DNA of 64,000 bases from a virus (Duplodnaviria > Caudoviricetes): the IMG/VR virus record IMGVR_UViG_2834443690_000002, positions 1 to 64,000 of that record; one strand, given 5' to 3'. This document shows, in pieces, positions 10,139 through 20,089 of the stretch (positions are counted from its first letter, which is position 1; every line of letters begins with the position of its first letter). The notes under the pieces were generated by a model. It did no database searches and was not told where the DNA came from. It saw only the letters and a program-made list of their open reading frames with translations. A program made the translations under genes and the position numbers.

Positions 10139-10279
10139 TTAAGCTGCTGTGCCGTTTACAACCTCTGTTACCACAGTTTTGAGGTTATAAAGATTAGGTA
10201 CTTGGTCGAGTGTGTAAGTTCCTGTCATAACCAGGGAAACCCACACTAGCACTAGGCCTGAATCCTTTGTGAATGTCAT
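10139..10279 (-). CDS. 46-aa tail-associated small protein (CD1375/XkdX-like), absent from ORF track
   Basis: MTFTKDSGLVLVWVSLVMTGTYTLDQVPNLYNLKTVVTEVVNGTAA with GAGGAAGGAG RBS. Confidence 0.75.
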   Translation of the reverse strand: MTFTKDSGLVLVWVSLVMTGTYTLDQVPNLYNLKTVVTEVVNGTAA

Positions 10280-10316
10280 AATCTCGTCTCCTTCCTCAAT
10301 ATAAAAAGCTAACACC

Positions 10317-10688
10317 TTAGGTAGTTGTAGGCGTTAGCAATGTTGACATCATAATGGTTAATTCCCCGATGGACTTGTTTGCTGCAGCTAGGTCAGATTG
10401 AAGTTGGGTTATTAACTGGTTTGGATCAGTATTTATTGGAGTTTGGTATGAATATGACACATCTTTAGTCTGAGGATTTATATAAGTGCATGATAATATT
10501 TGACCTTGGGGCGGTTGTTGTGCTGGCATACTATCTACTAATATACCCATTTGATTTAATTGGTCTTGTGTATATAGATTGCCATTTTCATCTTTCATCC
10601 CTTCTATTGGGTCTAATGGCATATTGTGTTGAAAACCCACAGCCCATTGTGTATCCGAGATTTTATTAAAATTTCCTAAAAAGATCAT
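10317..10688 (-). CDS. Putative tail-fibre assembly/chaperone protein
   Basis: Follows tail fibre; C-terminal coiled coil. Confidence 0.6.
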   Translation of the reverse strand: MIFLGNFNKISDTQWAVGFQHNMPLDPIEGMKDENGNLYTQDQLNQMGILVDSMPAQQPPQGQILSCTYINPQTKDVSYSYQTPINTDPNQLITQLQSDLAAANKSIGELTIMMSTLLTPTTT

Positions 10689-10700
10689 TGTTATTACCTC

Positions 10701-12644
10701 CTAATTAGTTACTAATAAACCATAACACAGTTTATACCAATAATATAAAGTTGAACTAGATGATGCAACCGATACTAAAGTCCAAAAGTCACTTATCCCA
10801 TTAAGCAAGATACCTTGATTTCCAAGAACGCCAATGCCAAATATATAATAAGGTGCGTAAGTAACAGATAAATCACTATCTATGATAGCCCCGTCAGATA
10901 ACCTTATTTTCATATAAATCTGACCTGCGCAAATTACATATACATGCAATTTATCAGGTGTTGTGCCATAGGATAATGAACTATAATTTGCATTATAAGT
11001 TGAATTGACAGAAATCGAATATATCGGGGTTGGATTGTTAAAGGTAAATTTATAAAAATAGTTCCCCTTTACAATGACAAATGTATCAACGTCAGGAACA
11101 ACCAACCAGTTAAATGATGGAGCTGAACTTATTGTTATGGCCCATGTACTAATTAGGGTATTTGTAGTCATGTCTATCTTATCAATGTTTCCTTGATTAT
11201 AATGTATATAAGCATATTTACCTACATTTATGCATCCATCAACATATTGCGAAAATGGCACGAGTGTATTACCCGATAAAATAGAACCATCGGATTCCTG
11301 GACTTTTCCCCACTTCGGGTCATTTTGCGTTGTGTTTCCTATGAGATACATATACGTACCATCGGAATACATTGCCCTAACCCTATATCCGTTTACGGAA
11401 CTCCATATAATATCCCATATAACGGTCATAGTTGTATAATCAATTTTAACTAATTTAGCTGCATTGTTATAGACATATGCAATATAAACATAATTACCCT
11501 CAACATAGGTTTTATCGACATAATTAACTGAATATGTGTTATTAAATTGTACACTCGAAATTAGAGTGTTATTATTGTTGTATTTACAGAAGACGTTAGA
11601 ATTTACTATATAAAAATAGGTAGAAGTCTCCAACGCGAATCTATTAACATACGATCCACCCATTGATAACACAGGGATTGCTGTTAACCTTGACAGGGGT
11701 AATACGTCACCAACACCATATTCTTTAGTATTCGTGCCAACTAGATACGATCCGGTGTCATTACTAAATGTCTTACCACTTGCCACATCTGAGGGCAGCG
11801 CCGTTCCACCTCCCCCCTTACCCTGTACAATAAAATTTCCGGAAGTGGCCTCGTACTTCAGACTATAAATTGTATTTGCCTTGAAATTGGCTACTGGATT
11901 ACTGAATGAATCCACTATGTTTTTAACTCCAAGGCCATTAACATTTATATCTGTTGCAGCTGTGCTGGCATTAGCTGGTTTAATGGTAACCCCCATGCCG
12001 TCTACATAACTTGTTGGTGCAGGACTTAAAGTCATTACTATATGATTAGATGTACCTGTATCTGGGGCGTATCCAGGTTGCCGCACATAATCGGCCTGAT
12101 GCGTAGCAAGAGCCTGATTGGTTGCAGCAATGGCATCGGCGTTTCCTTTAACTGTTTCGGTCGTTCTCCCTGCCCCGGCTAAGGCGTTTAAATCATTCTT
12201 GCTGGCAAGTACAATGGAGGGATCAACCTTTAACGTGACTGAAGCCGTATTAGATACCTGCAGGACTATTTTTAAATAGAGGTCTTTCGCGCTTCCATCA
12301 GCGACCAAAGGCTTATAAGTTTCTGGATACTTGCCGACCGCGATCAAGTCTCCTGCATCATCAAATATCCCGGCTTCACGAACCGAAAATCCTCCATCAG
12401 TCGTTGGAATTATCGCTTCTACGACGAGCCAATTAGGGTTATCCGGATCAACATTAATAGCCTGTACCGAACCGCGCCAGACTTCATGAACAAGCGCGGT
12501 TTGTGTGTCTGTAGGATTGTAATAGGCCCCGTTGCCATCGCCTGCGGCAAATTGAGTAATATTTACTTTGGTACCTAAGGCAAAGGCATTGGCTATTTTG
12601 CCAGCTCCAACTTTCGTTAAGATACTATAAAAATTTTCGGCCAT
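10701..12644 (-). CDS. Tail fibre protein (P2 gpH-like N-terminus, variable C-terminus)
   Basis: FYSILTKVG, GDGNG, GGFSVREAG, YPETYKP; Tyr/Asn-rich beta C-terminus. Confidence 0.9.
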   Translation of the reverse strand: MAENFYSILTKVGAGKIANAFALGTKVNITQFAAGDGNGAYYNPTDTQTALVHEVWRGSVQAINVDPDNPNWLVVEAIIPTTDGGFSVREAGIFDDAGDLIAVGKYPETYKPLVADGSAKDLYLKIVLQVSNTASVTLKVDPSIVLASKNDLNALAGAGRTTETVKGNADAIAATNQALATHQADYVRQPGYAPDTGTSNHIVMTLSPAPTSYVDGMGVTIKPANASTAATDINVNGLGVKNIVDSFSNPVANFKANTIYSLKYEATSGNFIVQGKGGGGTALPSDVASGKTFSNDTGSYLVGTNTKEYGVGDVLPLSRLTAIPVLSMGGSYVNRFALETSTYFYIVNSNVFCKYNNNNTLISSVQFNNTYSVNYVDKTYVEGNYVYIAYVYNNAAKLVKIDYTTMTVIWDIIWSSVNGYRVRAMYSDGTYMYLIGNTTQNDPKWGKVQESDGSILSGNTLVPFSQYVDGCINVGKYAYIHYNQGNIDKIDMTTNTLISTWAITISSAPSFNWLVVPDVDTFVIVKGNYFYKFTFNNPTPIYSISVNSTYNANYSSLSYGTTPDKLHVYVICAGQIYMKIRLSDGAIIDSDLSVTYAPYYIFGIGVLGNQGILLNGISDFWTLVSVASSSSTLYYWYKLCYGLLVTN

Positions 12645-12665
12645 TCAAATACTCCCTCCTATCTC

Positions 12666-13316
12666 CTAAAGTGGATATACTGTTGTTGTTTCTACGGATT
12701 GGCATCCTAATCCAATGACCATCAAACTATTACTATCAACTTCCGTTTGATTCCAAGGATAAACTGTAATGGATTCTCCTGTTGTCATTGCAGCCGCCAC
12801 ATAAAATTTGCTATTCGAGGTTAGGAAGATATTAACAATCTCTAACCACGAACGAGTATTTTTATATTCATTGATTAAACTTTCTAGCTTGGTAAGATTG
12901 GATTGGGAAGCTCCTTGCTGACTGGCTTCAACGTTAACCCGAAAAAAATAAGGATTTCCACCATAATTAAACCATTCATCAAGCGAGCAACGGCCAAATA
13001 CGGTACTTGCGACCATCTCAACAGCTGCTGGAGTTCCTTTGAGCCTATGGGCTTGAACTGAATTCTTAACAAGAGCTCGACGAGTTTCAACAGGTAATTC
13101 TGCGTCGTAAAAGTCAACATGCAGTTCCCAGGCCAACAGATCTACCAAATCGCTCTCTAACTCATCGATCCGAGGTAATATAATGCAATCCTGTACCTCA
13201 TTAACAACAAGTGTAAATTCACTATCAACCGCTTTGGAGGCGGCAATCATATCTGGATCTTGTTTGAGGTTAGGGGGAAGAAGATCTAAGACTGACACTG
13301 AATAAATATCAATCAT
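12666..13316 (-). CDS. Tail/baseplate protein I (P2 gpI-like)
   Basis: LLPP, LAWELHVD, HRLKGT, EWFNYGG, KNTRS. Confidence 0.9.
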   Translation of the reverse strand: MIDIYSVSVLDLLPPNLKQDPDMIAASKAVDSEFTLVVNEVQDCIILPRIDELESDLVDLLAWELHVDFYDAELPVETRRALVKNSVQAHRLKGTPAAVEMVASTVFGRCSLDEWFNYGGNPYFFRVNVEASQQGASQSNLTKLESLINEYKNTRSWLEIVNIFLTSNSKFYVAAAMTTGESITVYPWNQTEVDSNSLMVIGLGCQSVETTTVYPL

Positions 13317-14448
13317 CTTCAAGCCCTCCATAAATAACGCTCGTAACGTTAACTACAGCAATTTGCGTAGTTTCTATTGCTGTATAAACTGGGCTTGAAA
13401 GATCTACTCTCTTTGCCCCTACCGCCATAATCAGAGAGATCAACTTTGAGGGATTTATGCTTCTTCCTATCGCTGATTTCTGCCATAACTCATAGCTTTC
13501 TATAGCTGCATTGACATTAGCCTGAATCGTTGCTTCCGAAGTTGAATTATCCGTTGAAATATAATAGGTGAGGATTATGTCATAGTTAACCGCTTCAGGT
13601 GCATTGACCGTTACATTATCGGTTAATGGACGTTTCGTATCATCACTAAGATAGGATTTTAAACCCGCGAGAAAATCATTATCGGGAATTTCACCATTCT
13701 GGAGCAGAACCCTTATGTCAAGAGTACCGGCGCTAGGAGAAGATACTTTCACATCCATAACCGCTGCACTATATTGTTTGGCAAAGAATTCATAAGCTCC
13801 GCTAGGCCCAGCAACGCTAAATGATTCAGGAGCAAGCCAGATCCGTTCCCTCAGGCTTTCATCATCCTCGATATCGGCCCCACCGCCGCTTGTATCCGTA
13901 TTCGTTACGCTGGCGATCCAAGGCAGCGGATCTACAAGGATATTGATTTGTCCGGGAGTAAAACCGTTTCCCTGGCTGCCCGCAGCTGTACATTCCAAAG
14001 TCGTAGATATTTCAGTCGTTCCGGAAGGAACCGCTATTGCAGACGTTACTTGAAAGTAGATATTATTTCCCGGGCTTACCCTTGTCCCAGCGGGAATCGT
14101 CTGATTAGTCGATTGTGGAGCGCTAAGAATAAACTTTTCAGGTACCGTTGCCTTAGTCGCTGCCAATCTTGTGACCCATGGCGCTCCTTTATTGTCAAGG
14201 TAATCACCCTTCGCATATTTAAGTAAGTTTTGCTTTGCCGAAGCATCAATTAAGGTCCTTAGTTGAAATTCCCTCAAGGCCTGAGAATAAAGCCAAATTC
14301 TAATGGGATCACCAGGATAGAGAGTTTTGCTTTCTCCGGTCTGTTGCAAATAGGCTTGTTCATACCCTGAAATTAAATCGCTTAAAATCGTATCCACGTC
14401 TTTACTGGCAAATTCAACGTCTGGTAAATTACTAAGATCCACTTTCAA
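13309..14448 (-). CDS. Baseplate J-like protein
   Basis: PGDP, GGGADIEDDESLRERI, SVAGP, RPLTD. Confidence 0.92.
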   Translation of the reverse strand: MKVDLSNLPDVEFASKDVDTILSDLISGYEQAYLQQTGESKTLYPGDPIRIWLYSQALREFQLRTLIDASAKQNLLKYAKGDYLDNKGAPWVTRLAATKATVPEKFILSAPQSTNQTIPAGTRVSPGNNIYFQVTSAIAVPSGTTEISTTLECTAAGSQGNGFTPGQINILVDPLPWIASVTNTDTSGGGADIEDDESLRERIWLAPESFSVAGPSGAYEFFAKQYSAAVMDVKVSSPSAGTLDIRVLLQNGEIPDNDFLAGLKSYLSDDTKRPLTDNVTVNAPEAVNYDIILTYYISTDNSTSEATIQANVNAAIESYELWQKSAIGRSINPSKLISLIMAVGAKRVDLSSPVYTAIETTQIAVVNVTSVIYGGLEDD

Positions 14449-14728
14449 CCACCACCTTGGGGGTTATAGTTCCGTTCTCAGAATCTATTGCAAAAGATAC
14501 TTCTTTCACTTTGACCCTGGGTTCGTATTGCTTGGCCTGATTAATATAGGCCACAGTGAGCTTCCCTTTAGCAATGTTTAAAGGCTCATCTAAAATACTG
14601 ATATCAATACCAAAGGCACGGTCAAAGGGTACCGTGCCTTGTGGCGTCGTGTAGATTACTTTTAAATTACGAAGAATCTCAGAATCACCCCTAATACCAA
14701 TGATTTGCACGTTTTGAAGATCAATCAT
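14432..14728 (-). CDS. Baseplate wedge protein (gp25/gpW-like)
   Basis: TPQGTVPFDRAFG, YEPRV. Confidence 0.85.
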   Translation of the reverse strand: MIDLQNVQIIGIRGDSEILRNLKVIYTTPQGTVPFDRAFGIDISILDEPLNIAKGKLTVAYINQAKQYEPRVKVKEVSFAIDSENGTITPKVVVESGS

Positions 14729-15126
14729 CCTATCTCCTCCACGTATTCCTCTAATGTCACGTCAATCTTGCCGCTGTAAAGTTCCCCTTGATTGAATATC
14801 GTATCCCAGGCCTCGCTCACGCTTTGAACGTCCCAAAGGTTATCCCCTATGGGTCTTCCGCCAATTACCAGAACACCAGCAAACCCTTGAGATACATATT
14901 GAGCCCAACGCTCCATTTCGTCTCTTGGCTTAACGCCATAACTACCATTTAAGTTTACAGTAAAAGTGACCGTATCCAGATCCGGTCCCGAAAATTCTGA
15001 GACAGGCTTTTTGCCGATCACAGCATGTTTTTCCCAACGGCCTTTCACATCACGTTTAAAACCGCTAAAGGTTAAAATTCTTTGGTCCGACGTTTCAAAA
15101 ATAATGTCACCAAAATAACCAATCAT
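14725..15126 (-). CDS. Tail protein U (P2 gpU-like)
   Basis: IGYFGDIIF, KP..EF.GP, TLEEY. Confidence 0.85.
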   Translation of the reverse strand: MIGYFGDIIFETSDQRILTFSGFKRDVKGRWEKHAVIGKKPVSEFSGPDLDTVTFTVNLNGSYGVKPRDEMERWAQYVSQGFAGVLVIGGRPIGDNLWDVQSVSEAWDTIFNQGELYSGKIDVTLEEYVEEIG

Positions 15127-15140
15127 ATATGTCCACCGCC

Positions 15141-15629
15141 TTAAGCCGGATGAGTGTGGTGGTTCGTATTGCCGCCAACATCAATAATTGTTCCGGAGGC
15201 ATTAATATTTCCTTGGACTGTCAGGTCCCCGGTAATATTCACGTTACCAGCAGCATTAATATTAACTCTTCCTGCTGCCACGATCTCAAGTTCTTTTACT
15301 TGCCGATCGTACTTTAAAGTAGTCCCATCGCCAAAGGCCTTAAAATATATGTTCTTATCCTGAACAGGAGGCGGATTGACATCGGAGTAAAACCCATTCA
15401 AGCAAAATCCTTGCTGAAGGCCATTAGGAAGAAACAAGCACAGGACTTGGCTGCCGATCGGAGGAATATCGTATTCAGAACTAAAAAGGGAGAGCTCCGG
15501 ACTAATTAAATTGTCCTTATCGCCAAATTTTACTCGGACAGTGCCCTTTACTTCATTTACAGAACTGACTTGGCCAACTCTGATTAAATTCATGAGTGCT
15601 TGTAAGGCTTTCCTGGTCTCTGGGTCCAT
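15141..15629 (-). CDS. Baseplate spike (gpV-like)
   Basis: IRVGQVSSV, PPIGSQV, C-terminal HHTH. Confidence 0.88.
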   Translation of the reverse strand: MDPETRKALQALMNLIRVGQVSSVNEVKGTVRVKFGDKDNLISPELSLFSSEYDIPPIGSQVLCLFLPNGLQQGFCLNGFYSDVNPPPVQDKNIYFKAFGDGTTLKYDRQVKELEIVAAGRVNINAAGNVNITGDLTVQGNINASGTIIDVGGNTNHHTHPA

Positions 15630-16651
15630 TAATATCCCTCCAAAACCCTATGCATTTCTAAATCAACCGTATAACTCGGTTGGTTATGTGCCGCTTTGTC
15701 TATGAAATACTTCCCGTCGAATTTTCCGAAACCGCTAATGTCCACGCAAACACCGCCGATAAGTCGAACATCGCCGACAACATTCATCGTCACCGAAAAT
15801 TCTTTCTTATTTAATTCGCGGAGTTTCTTTTGAGCAAGCCTCTGCGCCTCTTCCAAGCTATTGACTCGGGTATTTTCAACATAAACCTTATCTTTGGCGG
15901 GATCGATATCATCTTTAATGCTAAAAAGATAATCAATCAATCGGCCCTTGTTGGCATCGTAATACGTTACTTGGCAACCGGCATAGGCTGTGTTCGTCAG
16001 CGAAGTTTTTAAGTTGTAGCTGTTAACAAGGCCGCCATCCTCTACTAAAGTACAAATGCTTGGCCTATTTTCGTAATCAGCTTCATTGAAAAGTACAATC
16101 GTATGATCCGTCACCTTAAACGATATGCCTTCAGACTTACACAAATCGGCTAGAAACGCCATATCTGAGGTATCTGATTGGTCCTTCCGGTCATAGGTTG
16201 GGTTAATTGAACTGTCAAAAAACAGATTCAGTCCTGCATTATCGGCAATATCCTGAGCGATTGTTTTAAGGTTAATCTGTTCCCAAGCCTTACTTTTCTT
16301 CGTTGTTGTGAAGTTGGTATTAGATGGTGTTGAAATACCCTTTAAAGTCATAACTCGGGGCCGGCCGGTATACTCCGGCTCGTCGACAATAAAGCTGCCG
16401 CAGGGAAGAGTTTGACTATCTCCGTCCTTGCGCCAGTTTGTCGTGTTGATTTCTACCGTAAGAGAATCCCCTTTCTCCGGCCACCAGTTATTCAGCCATT
16501 TACCACTTTTATCCTTGAGGGTTATTTCTACGTCATCGGCATTATCGGCCGCATTATCAGTATATTTAAAACTCAAAAGATCCTTAATCAGATCCGTTGT
16601 GATATCAATTCCTTGGTAAAGGATCTTTATCCCAGCGCTACGTGCCAGCAT
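15629..16651 (-). CDS. Baseplate hub / late control D-like protein
   Basis: DQSDTSDMAFL, GKFDGKYFID; likely start MLARSAG. Confidence 0.85.
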   Translation of the reverse strand: MLARSAGIKILYQGIDITTDLIKDLLSFKYTDNAADNADDVEITLKDKSGKWLNNWWPEKGDSLTVEINTTNWRKDGDSQTLPCGSFIVDEPEYTGRPRVMTLKGISTPSNTNFTTTKKSKAWEQINLKTIAQDIADNAGLNLFFDSSINPTYDRKDQSDTSDMAFLADLCKSEGISFKVTDHTIVLFNEADYENRPSICTLVEDGGLVNSYNLKTSLTNTAYAGCQVTYYDANKGRLIDYLFSIKDDIDPAKDKVYVENTRVNSLEEAQRLAQKKLRELNKKEFSVTMNVVGDVRLIGGVCVDISGFGKFDGKYFIDKAAHNQPSYTVDLEMHRVLEGY

Positions 16652-16862
16652 TGGCAGCACCTTGCTTCCATGGCGGTAACGCTGAATAATCTGTTGAAGT
16701 TGACAGTTCAGGTACATTAAGAACGATTCCTGCAGAGAAAAGGACCGTTTGAGCATATTGGGGATTAACTTCGATAAGATTTTTAGCCCATGTTTCATGA
16801 CCGGATAGTTTATAAGCGATCATATCCCAAGTATCGCCTAAGACTGTTGTATAGGTAGTCAT
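16638..16862 (-). CDS. Tail protein X (LysM-like)
   Basis: GDTWDMIAY, NP, LPPWK. Confidence 0.88.
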   Translation of the reverse strand: MTTYTTVLGDTWDMIAYKLSGHETWAKNLIEVNPQYAQTVLFSAGIVLNVPELSTSTDYSALPPWKQGAANAGT

Positions 16863-16874
16863 CGCGGTACCTCC

Positions 16875-19094
16875 TTATCCCGGTTGAAAGGAAAGCCTTT
16901 GCTTCTTGGCATCGATTTGCTTTAAACGTTTCTCAAGATCATCGTTACCTCGTTCGACCCCTGCATAAACATCGTCTTCGCTGGCGTTTCCTTGAATGGT
17001 GATCTGGTAGGTAACTTGCATTACTTGGCCTAAAGCTCCTTGTGCTCCCCCTAAAATACTCTTTAGTTTAGAAACCGGCGATACAATTTCATCCTCATTA
17101 CCTTCACCGATATTGGCCAAGATGCCCCCGGCTCTATGCCTAATGTATCCTCCTTGGGCAAGTTGGGGAATCTTGGGTATGTTTATACCAAATTGTTGAC
17201 CACCAAGGCCAGGTACCCAATCAGGGATCTTAAAATTAATTTGGTTTATGCCGGAAATAGAAGCATTGATTAAGGTTATAACTGCATTCAACGGAGCTTT
17301 CAACAAAGTTCCCAGGGTACCAAAGATTCCGCTAAAAATTTTAGTAACCCCTTCCCAAGCACTTGACCAGTTCCCTGTGAAGACTCCCGAAATGAATTGA
17401 ATGATTCCGTCCAGAATGTTGAACAAATTTTTGGCCAAGTTAGCGACAAAATTGATAATTCCCAAAGCAACAGTTCCAACCTCTGCTCCTACCATCGTGA
17501 TTAAGCCGATGAGGAACTTCAGGATTGGACTTATAATAGTCCATAAATTATTTACCATTTGGGCTATTCTCGGCATATAAGTCACAAAGGCACTGGCTAC
17601 CAAGGGAACAATGTTCGTGGCTATAAAGTTAAATAGTTTTAACAATGGCGGCAAAACATTGTTTACAATAATACCGACAACTCCAGAAATCACCGGAGAG
17701 ATTTTAATAAAAGCTCCGATAACCGACTGAGAAATCTTCTGGAATAAGGGAATCATTTTTACAAATCCTTGGCCGAATTTGAGAGCGAAGGATATGAGAG
17801 GAGGACCGTATTTCGACGCTATATCAGAGATTGACTTTCCAAACGCTGCTATATTAGCTTTACCTTGTGAAAAGGCATTGATTACTGAAGCCTTTAGTCC
17901 TGAGAGAATGGATATTATTTTATTAACTTTATCCTGTGTTCCCGCTTCATCAGGAAACATGGCGTAAAAAAAGTCGCCTGCCGATTTCATATCACCTTTA
18001 AGAAACGAAATTAAGCCTTTTGTTCCAAATTCAAAATAACCAATCATGTTGGAAATGGCTCCGGCAGCGCCTTCGCCTAATGAGCTTTTAAAGGATGCCC
18101 AAAACGCCTGTGAAATGCTCGTTCCCGAGCTAAGATTTGTTTTAAATGTGGCAAACGATGAACTAATCTTATTAAACGATGTAGAGATTCCGCTAGACCC
18201 TGACGTGAAATAGTTTTTGATATTTTCTATGACTTTTGGTCCTGTGGTCATTAAACTGTTAAACCCGATTAATATTCCATCCAGGAATGGCAACACTTTA
18301 GCCCCGATTGTCGCGCCTAATTGCGCTAAATTGGTTTTTGCAATCCTAACCTGGTTGGCAAAGCTTTGCTGAGTCTTATTAAAATCGCCCTGAGCATCCT
18401 TAGATACACTGAGTAAGTAACCGTATCTCATTTGAATTTGCTCAGCTTGAGACATGTTATTCCAGCTTTTCTTGATACCTTGGCTCAAGGCATAGGCCTG
18501 CAAGTTAGCAACGCTCATATTGATACCAAGACTTTTTAGGGGCTCAGTTTCACCGGAAATACCGGACTTAATTTTTTCAAAGGAATCTCCTATGTCTAAA
18601 TTATAAAAAGAAGCAAAGTCACCGGCCAGACCGCTGAGATTTTCGCTCATATCGACGAGTTTGTCTCCAGCTATTCCACTAGACTTCATCATTGCTCCCA
18701 TTGTCCCGGTGAATTGTTTGGCTTGTAATTCAGATAATCCAAAAGCATTAAGGGCTGTTTTGCTCCAAGCATCAATTTGCTTTGACCCGTTACCAAAGGT
18801 TGTGTCTACGACGTTTTGGACCTCATTCAGATCCGAGGCCAATTCAATCGACTGTTTGGCAATTTCAGCAAACCCGATCCCGCCAGCTACACCAGCCGCC
18901 ATTTTTACGACGTTTCCTAATCCTTCGCCGAGTCCTAAAAAACCCTTGCTTGCTTTTTCTGAAGCTGTAGCAGCTTCGATTTGCCGCTCATTTAAGTTAC
19001 CCATCTGTCTTTGGGCAGATGCAAAGGTACTGCCAAAGCTAGAACTTAACTTTGCTCCAAGTTGAAATGCGATTTGATAAAGTTTACTGGCCAT
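16875..19094 (-). CDS. Tape measure protein
   Basis: 739 aa, helical Ala/Gly/Ile-rich, GNWSSAWEG, IPQLAQGG, GEGNEDE. Confidence 0.9.
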   Translation of the reverse strand: MASKLYQIAFQLGAKLSSSFGSTFASAQRQMGNLNERQIEAATASEKASKGFLGLGEGLGNVVKMAAGVAGGIGFAEIAKQSIELASDLNEVQNVVDTTFGNGSKQIDAWSKTALNAFGLSELQAKQFTGTMGAMMKSSGIAGDKLVDMSENLSGLAGDFASFYNLDIGDSFEKIKSGISGETEPLKSLGINMSVANLQAYALSQGIKKSWNNMSQAEQIQMRYGYLLSVSKDAQGDFNKTQQSFANQVRIAKTNLAQLGATIGAKVLPFLDGILIGFNSLMTTGPKVIENIKNYFTSGSSGISTSFNKISSSFATFKTNLSSGTSISQAFWASFKSSLGEGAAGAISNMIGYFEFGTKGLISFLKGDMKSAGDFFYAMFPDEAGTQDKVNKIISILSGLKASVINAFSQGKANIAAFGKSISDIASKYGPPLISFALKFGQGFVKMIPLFQKISQSVIGAFIKISPVISGVVGIIVNNVLPPLLKLFNFIATNIVPLVASAFVTYMPRIAQMVNNLWTIISPILKFLIGLITMVGAEVGTVALGIINFVANLAKNLFNILDGIIQFISGVFTGNWSSAWEGVTKIFSGIFGTLGTLLKAPLNAVITLINASISGINQINFKIPDWVPGLGGQQFGINIPKIPQLAQGGYIRHRAGGILANIGEGNEDEIVSPVSKLKSILGGAQGALGQVMQVTYQITIQGNASEDDVYAGVERGNDDLEKRLKQIDAKKQRLSFQPG

Positions 19095-19556
19095 CTGCAG
19101 TCACCTCTTTGATCTCTAAGGCAATATCGAGAAAATCCGAGATGTTTAACGTTAGATAAAATTCTATCGACGTGAAGGTATCCAAACCAAGACGGACAGC
19201 AGCTTTTCTCAGCCACTGTCCGTCTCCCTGTTTAATACCTAATTGTAAAAAAAACTTGAAATGATCGTTTTAATCTTAATGCCTTCCTTTGCGGGAAGAG
19301 CCTGAAAGAATTCGACAGGCTTATTCGAGACCATGCTTGCAATGATACAGACATAACCTGTCGACATCTCGTTCATCATGGCGACCTGACCGGTTGAAAT
19401 AAACATTTTATCAGCTCTCGCCAAGTCCATGGTTGTTAACCTTTCCAGGCCTGACAAATCTACTTCGTTATAGTCTCTTCCTTCAAAGTTAAAGGTCTTA
19501 TTAAATTCGACCAAATATTCATTACCCTTTTTTTCGATAACAACCACTTTTTCCAT
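19084..19556 (-). CDS. Tail assembly chaperone G (19239-19556) with -1 frameshift extension GT ending at 19084
   Basis: T8 slippery run at 19247-19254; -1 frame open for 54 codons to a TAA overlapping the TMP start. Confidence 0.85.
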
Positions 19557-19567
19557 TGCAAATCCTC

Positions 19568-20089
19568 CTAAATTTGATTGCGGATATCGGCAAGAACGTC
19601 GACACCAAAGACATTGTAAATAAAATTGATCTTGTCGAGTTCTAGCAGGGTATTCCCATTTTCCTCAATCTTGATATAAAGCACTTCAAATGTATTCTTC
19701 GTGCCTGTAGCCTTCCCAGGTGAAATTTTGCCCAGATCTACGCCCTTGGTTAACACTTTTAAGGTAATCTTCAAGGGTCTATATTGCATTTGTCCGCCCG
19801 CGACATCATAACTCTGTTGCGAAGCGCGAAGAACCAAGGATTTTGTTCCCGGAACCAAGAGTTTTGCTGAGTCTTCGCTCACGGTATTAAAACTAAGGTC
19901 CATTTCAATCTTGCCAAAATGGCCGGGAACTGGACTTTCATACTCGCCTGCTAGCCCAGCCCCCGAAACTGTTTCGGTCATAGGTTCAAGTTTTGGGAGT
20001 GTCGCATCTGCATTGACGCCAATTAGCTTTTCGTTGTCAAAATAGACGTTGTAATTGATCACTTTTTCTGGAATTGCATTAACGGACAT
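19568..20089 (-). CDS. Tail tube protein (P2 FII-like)
   Basis: TLPKL, SGAG..GE, ELDKINF. Confidence 0.9.
   Translation of the reverse strand: MSVNAIPEKVINYNVYFDNEKLIGVNADATLPKLEPMTETVSGAGLAGEYESPVPGHFGKIEMDLSFNTVSEDSAKLLVPGTKSLVLRASQQSYDVAGGQMQYRPLKITLKVLTKGVDLGKISPGKATGTKNTFEVLYIKIEENGNTLLELDKINFIYNVFGVDVLADIRNQI

Noticed and set aside
10701-12644. Diversity-generating retroelement targeting the tail fibre
   Set aside because: No reverse transcriptase ORF, and no template/variable repeat pair seen in the window
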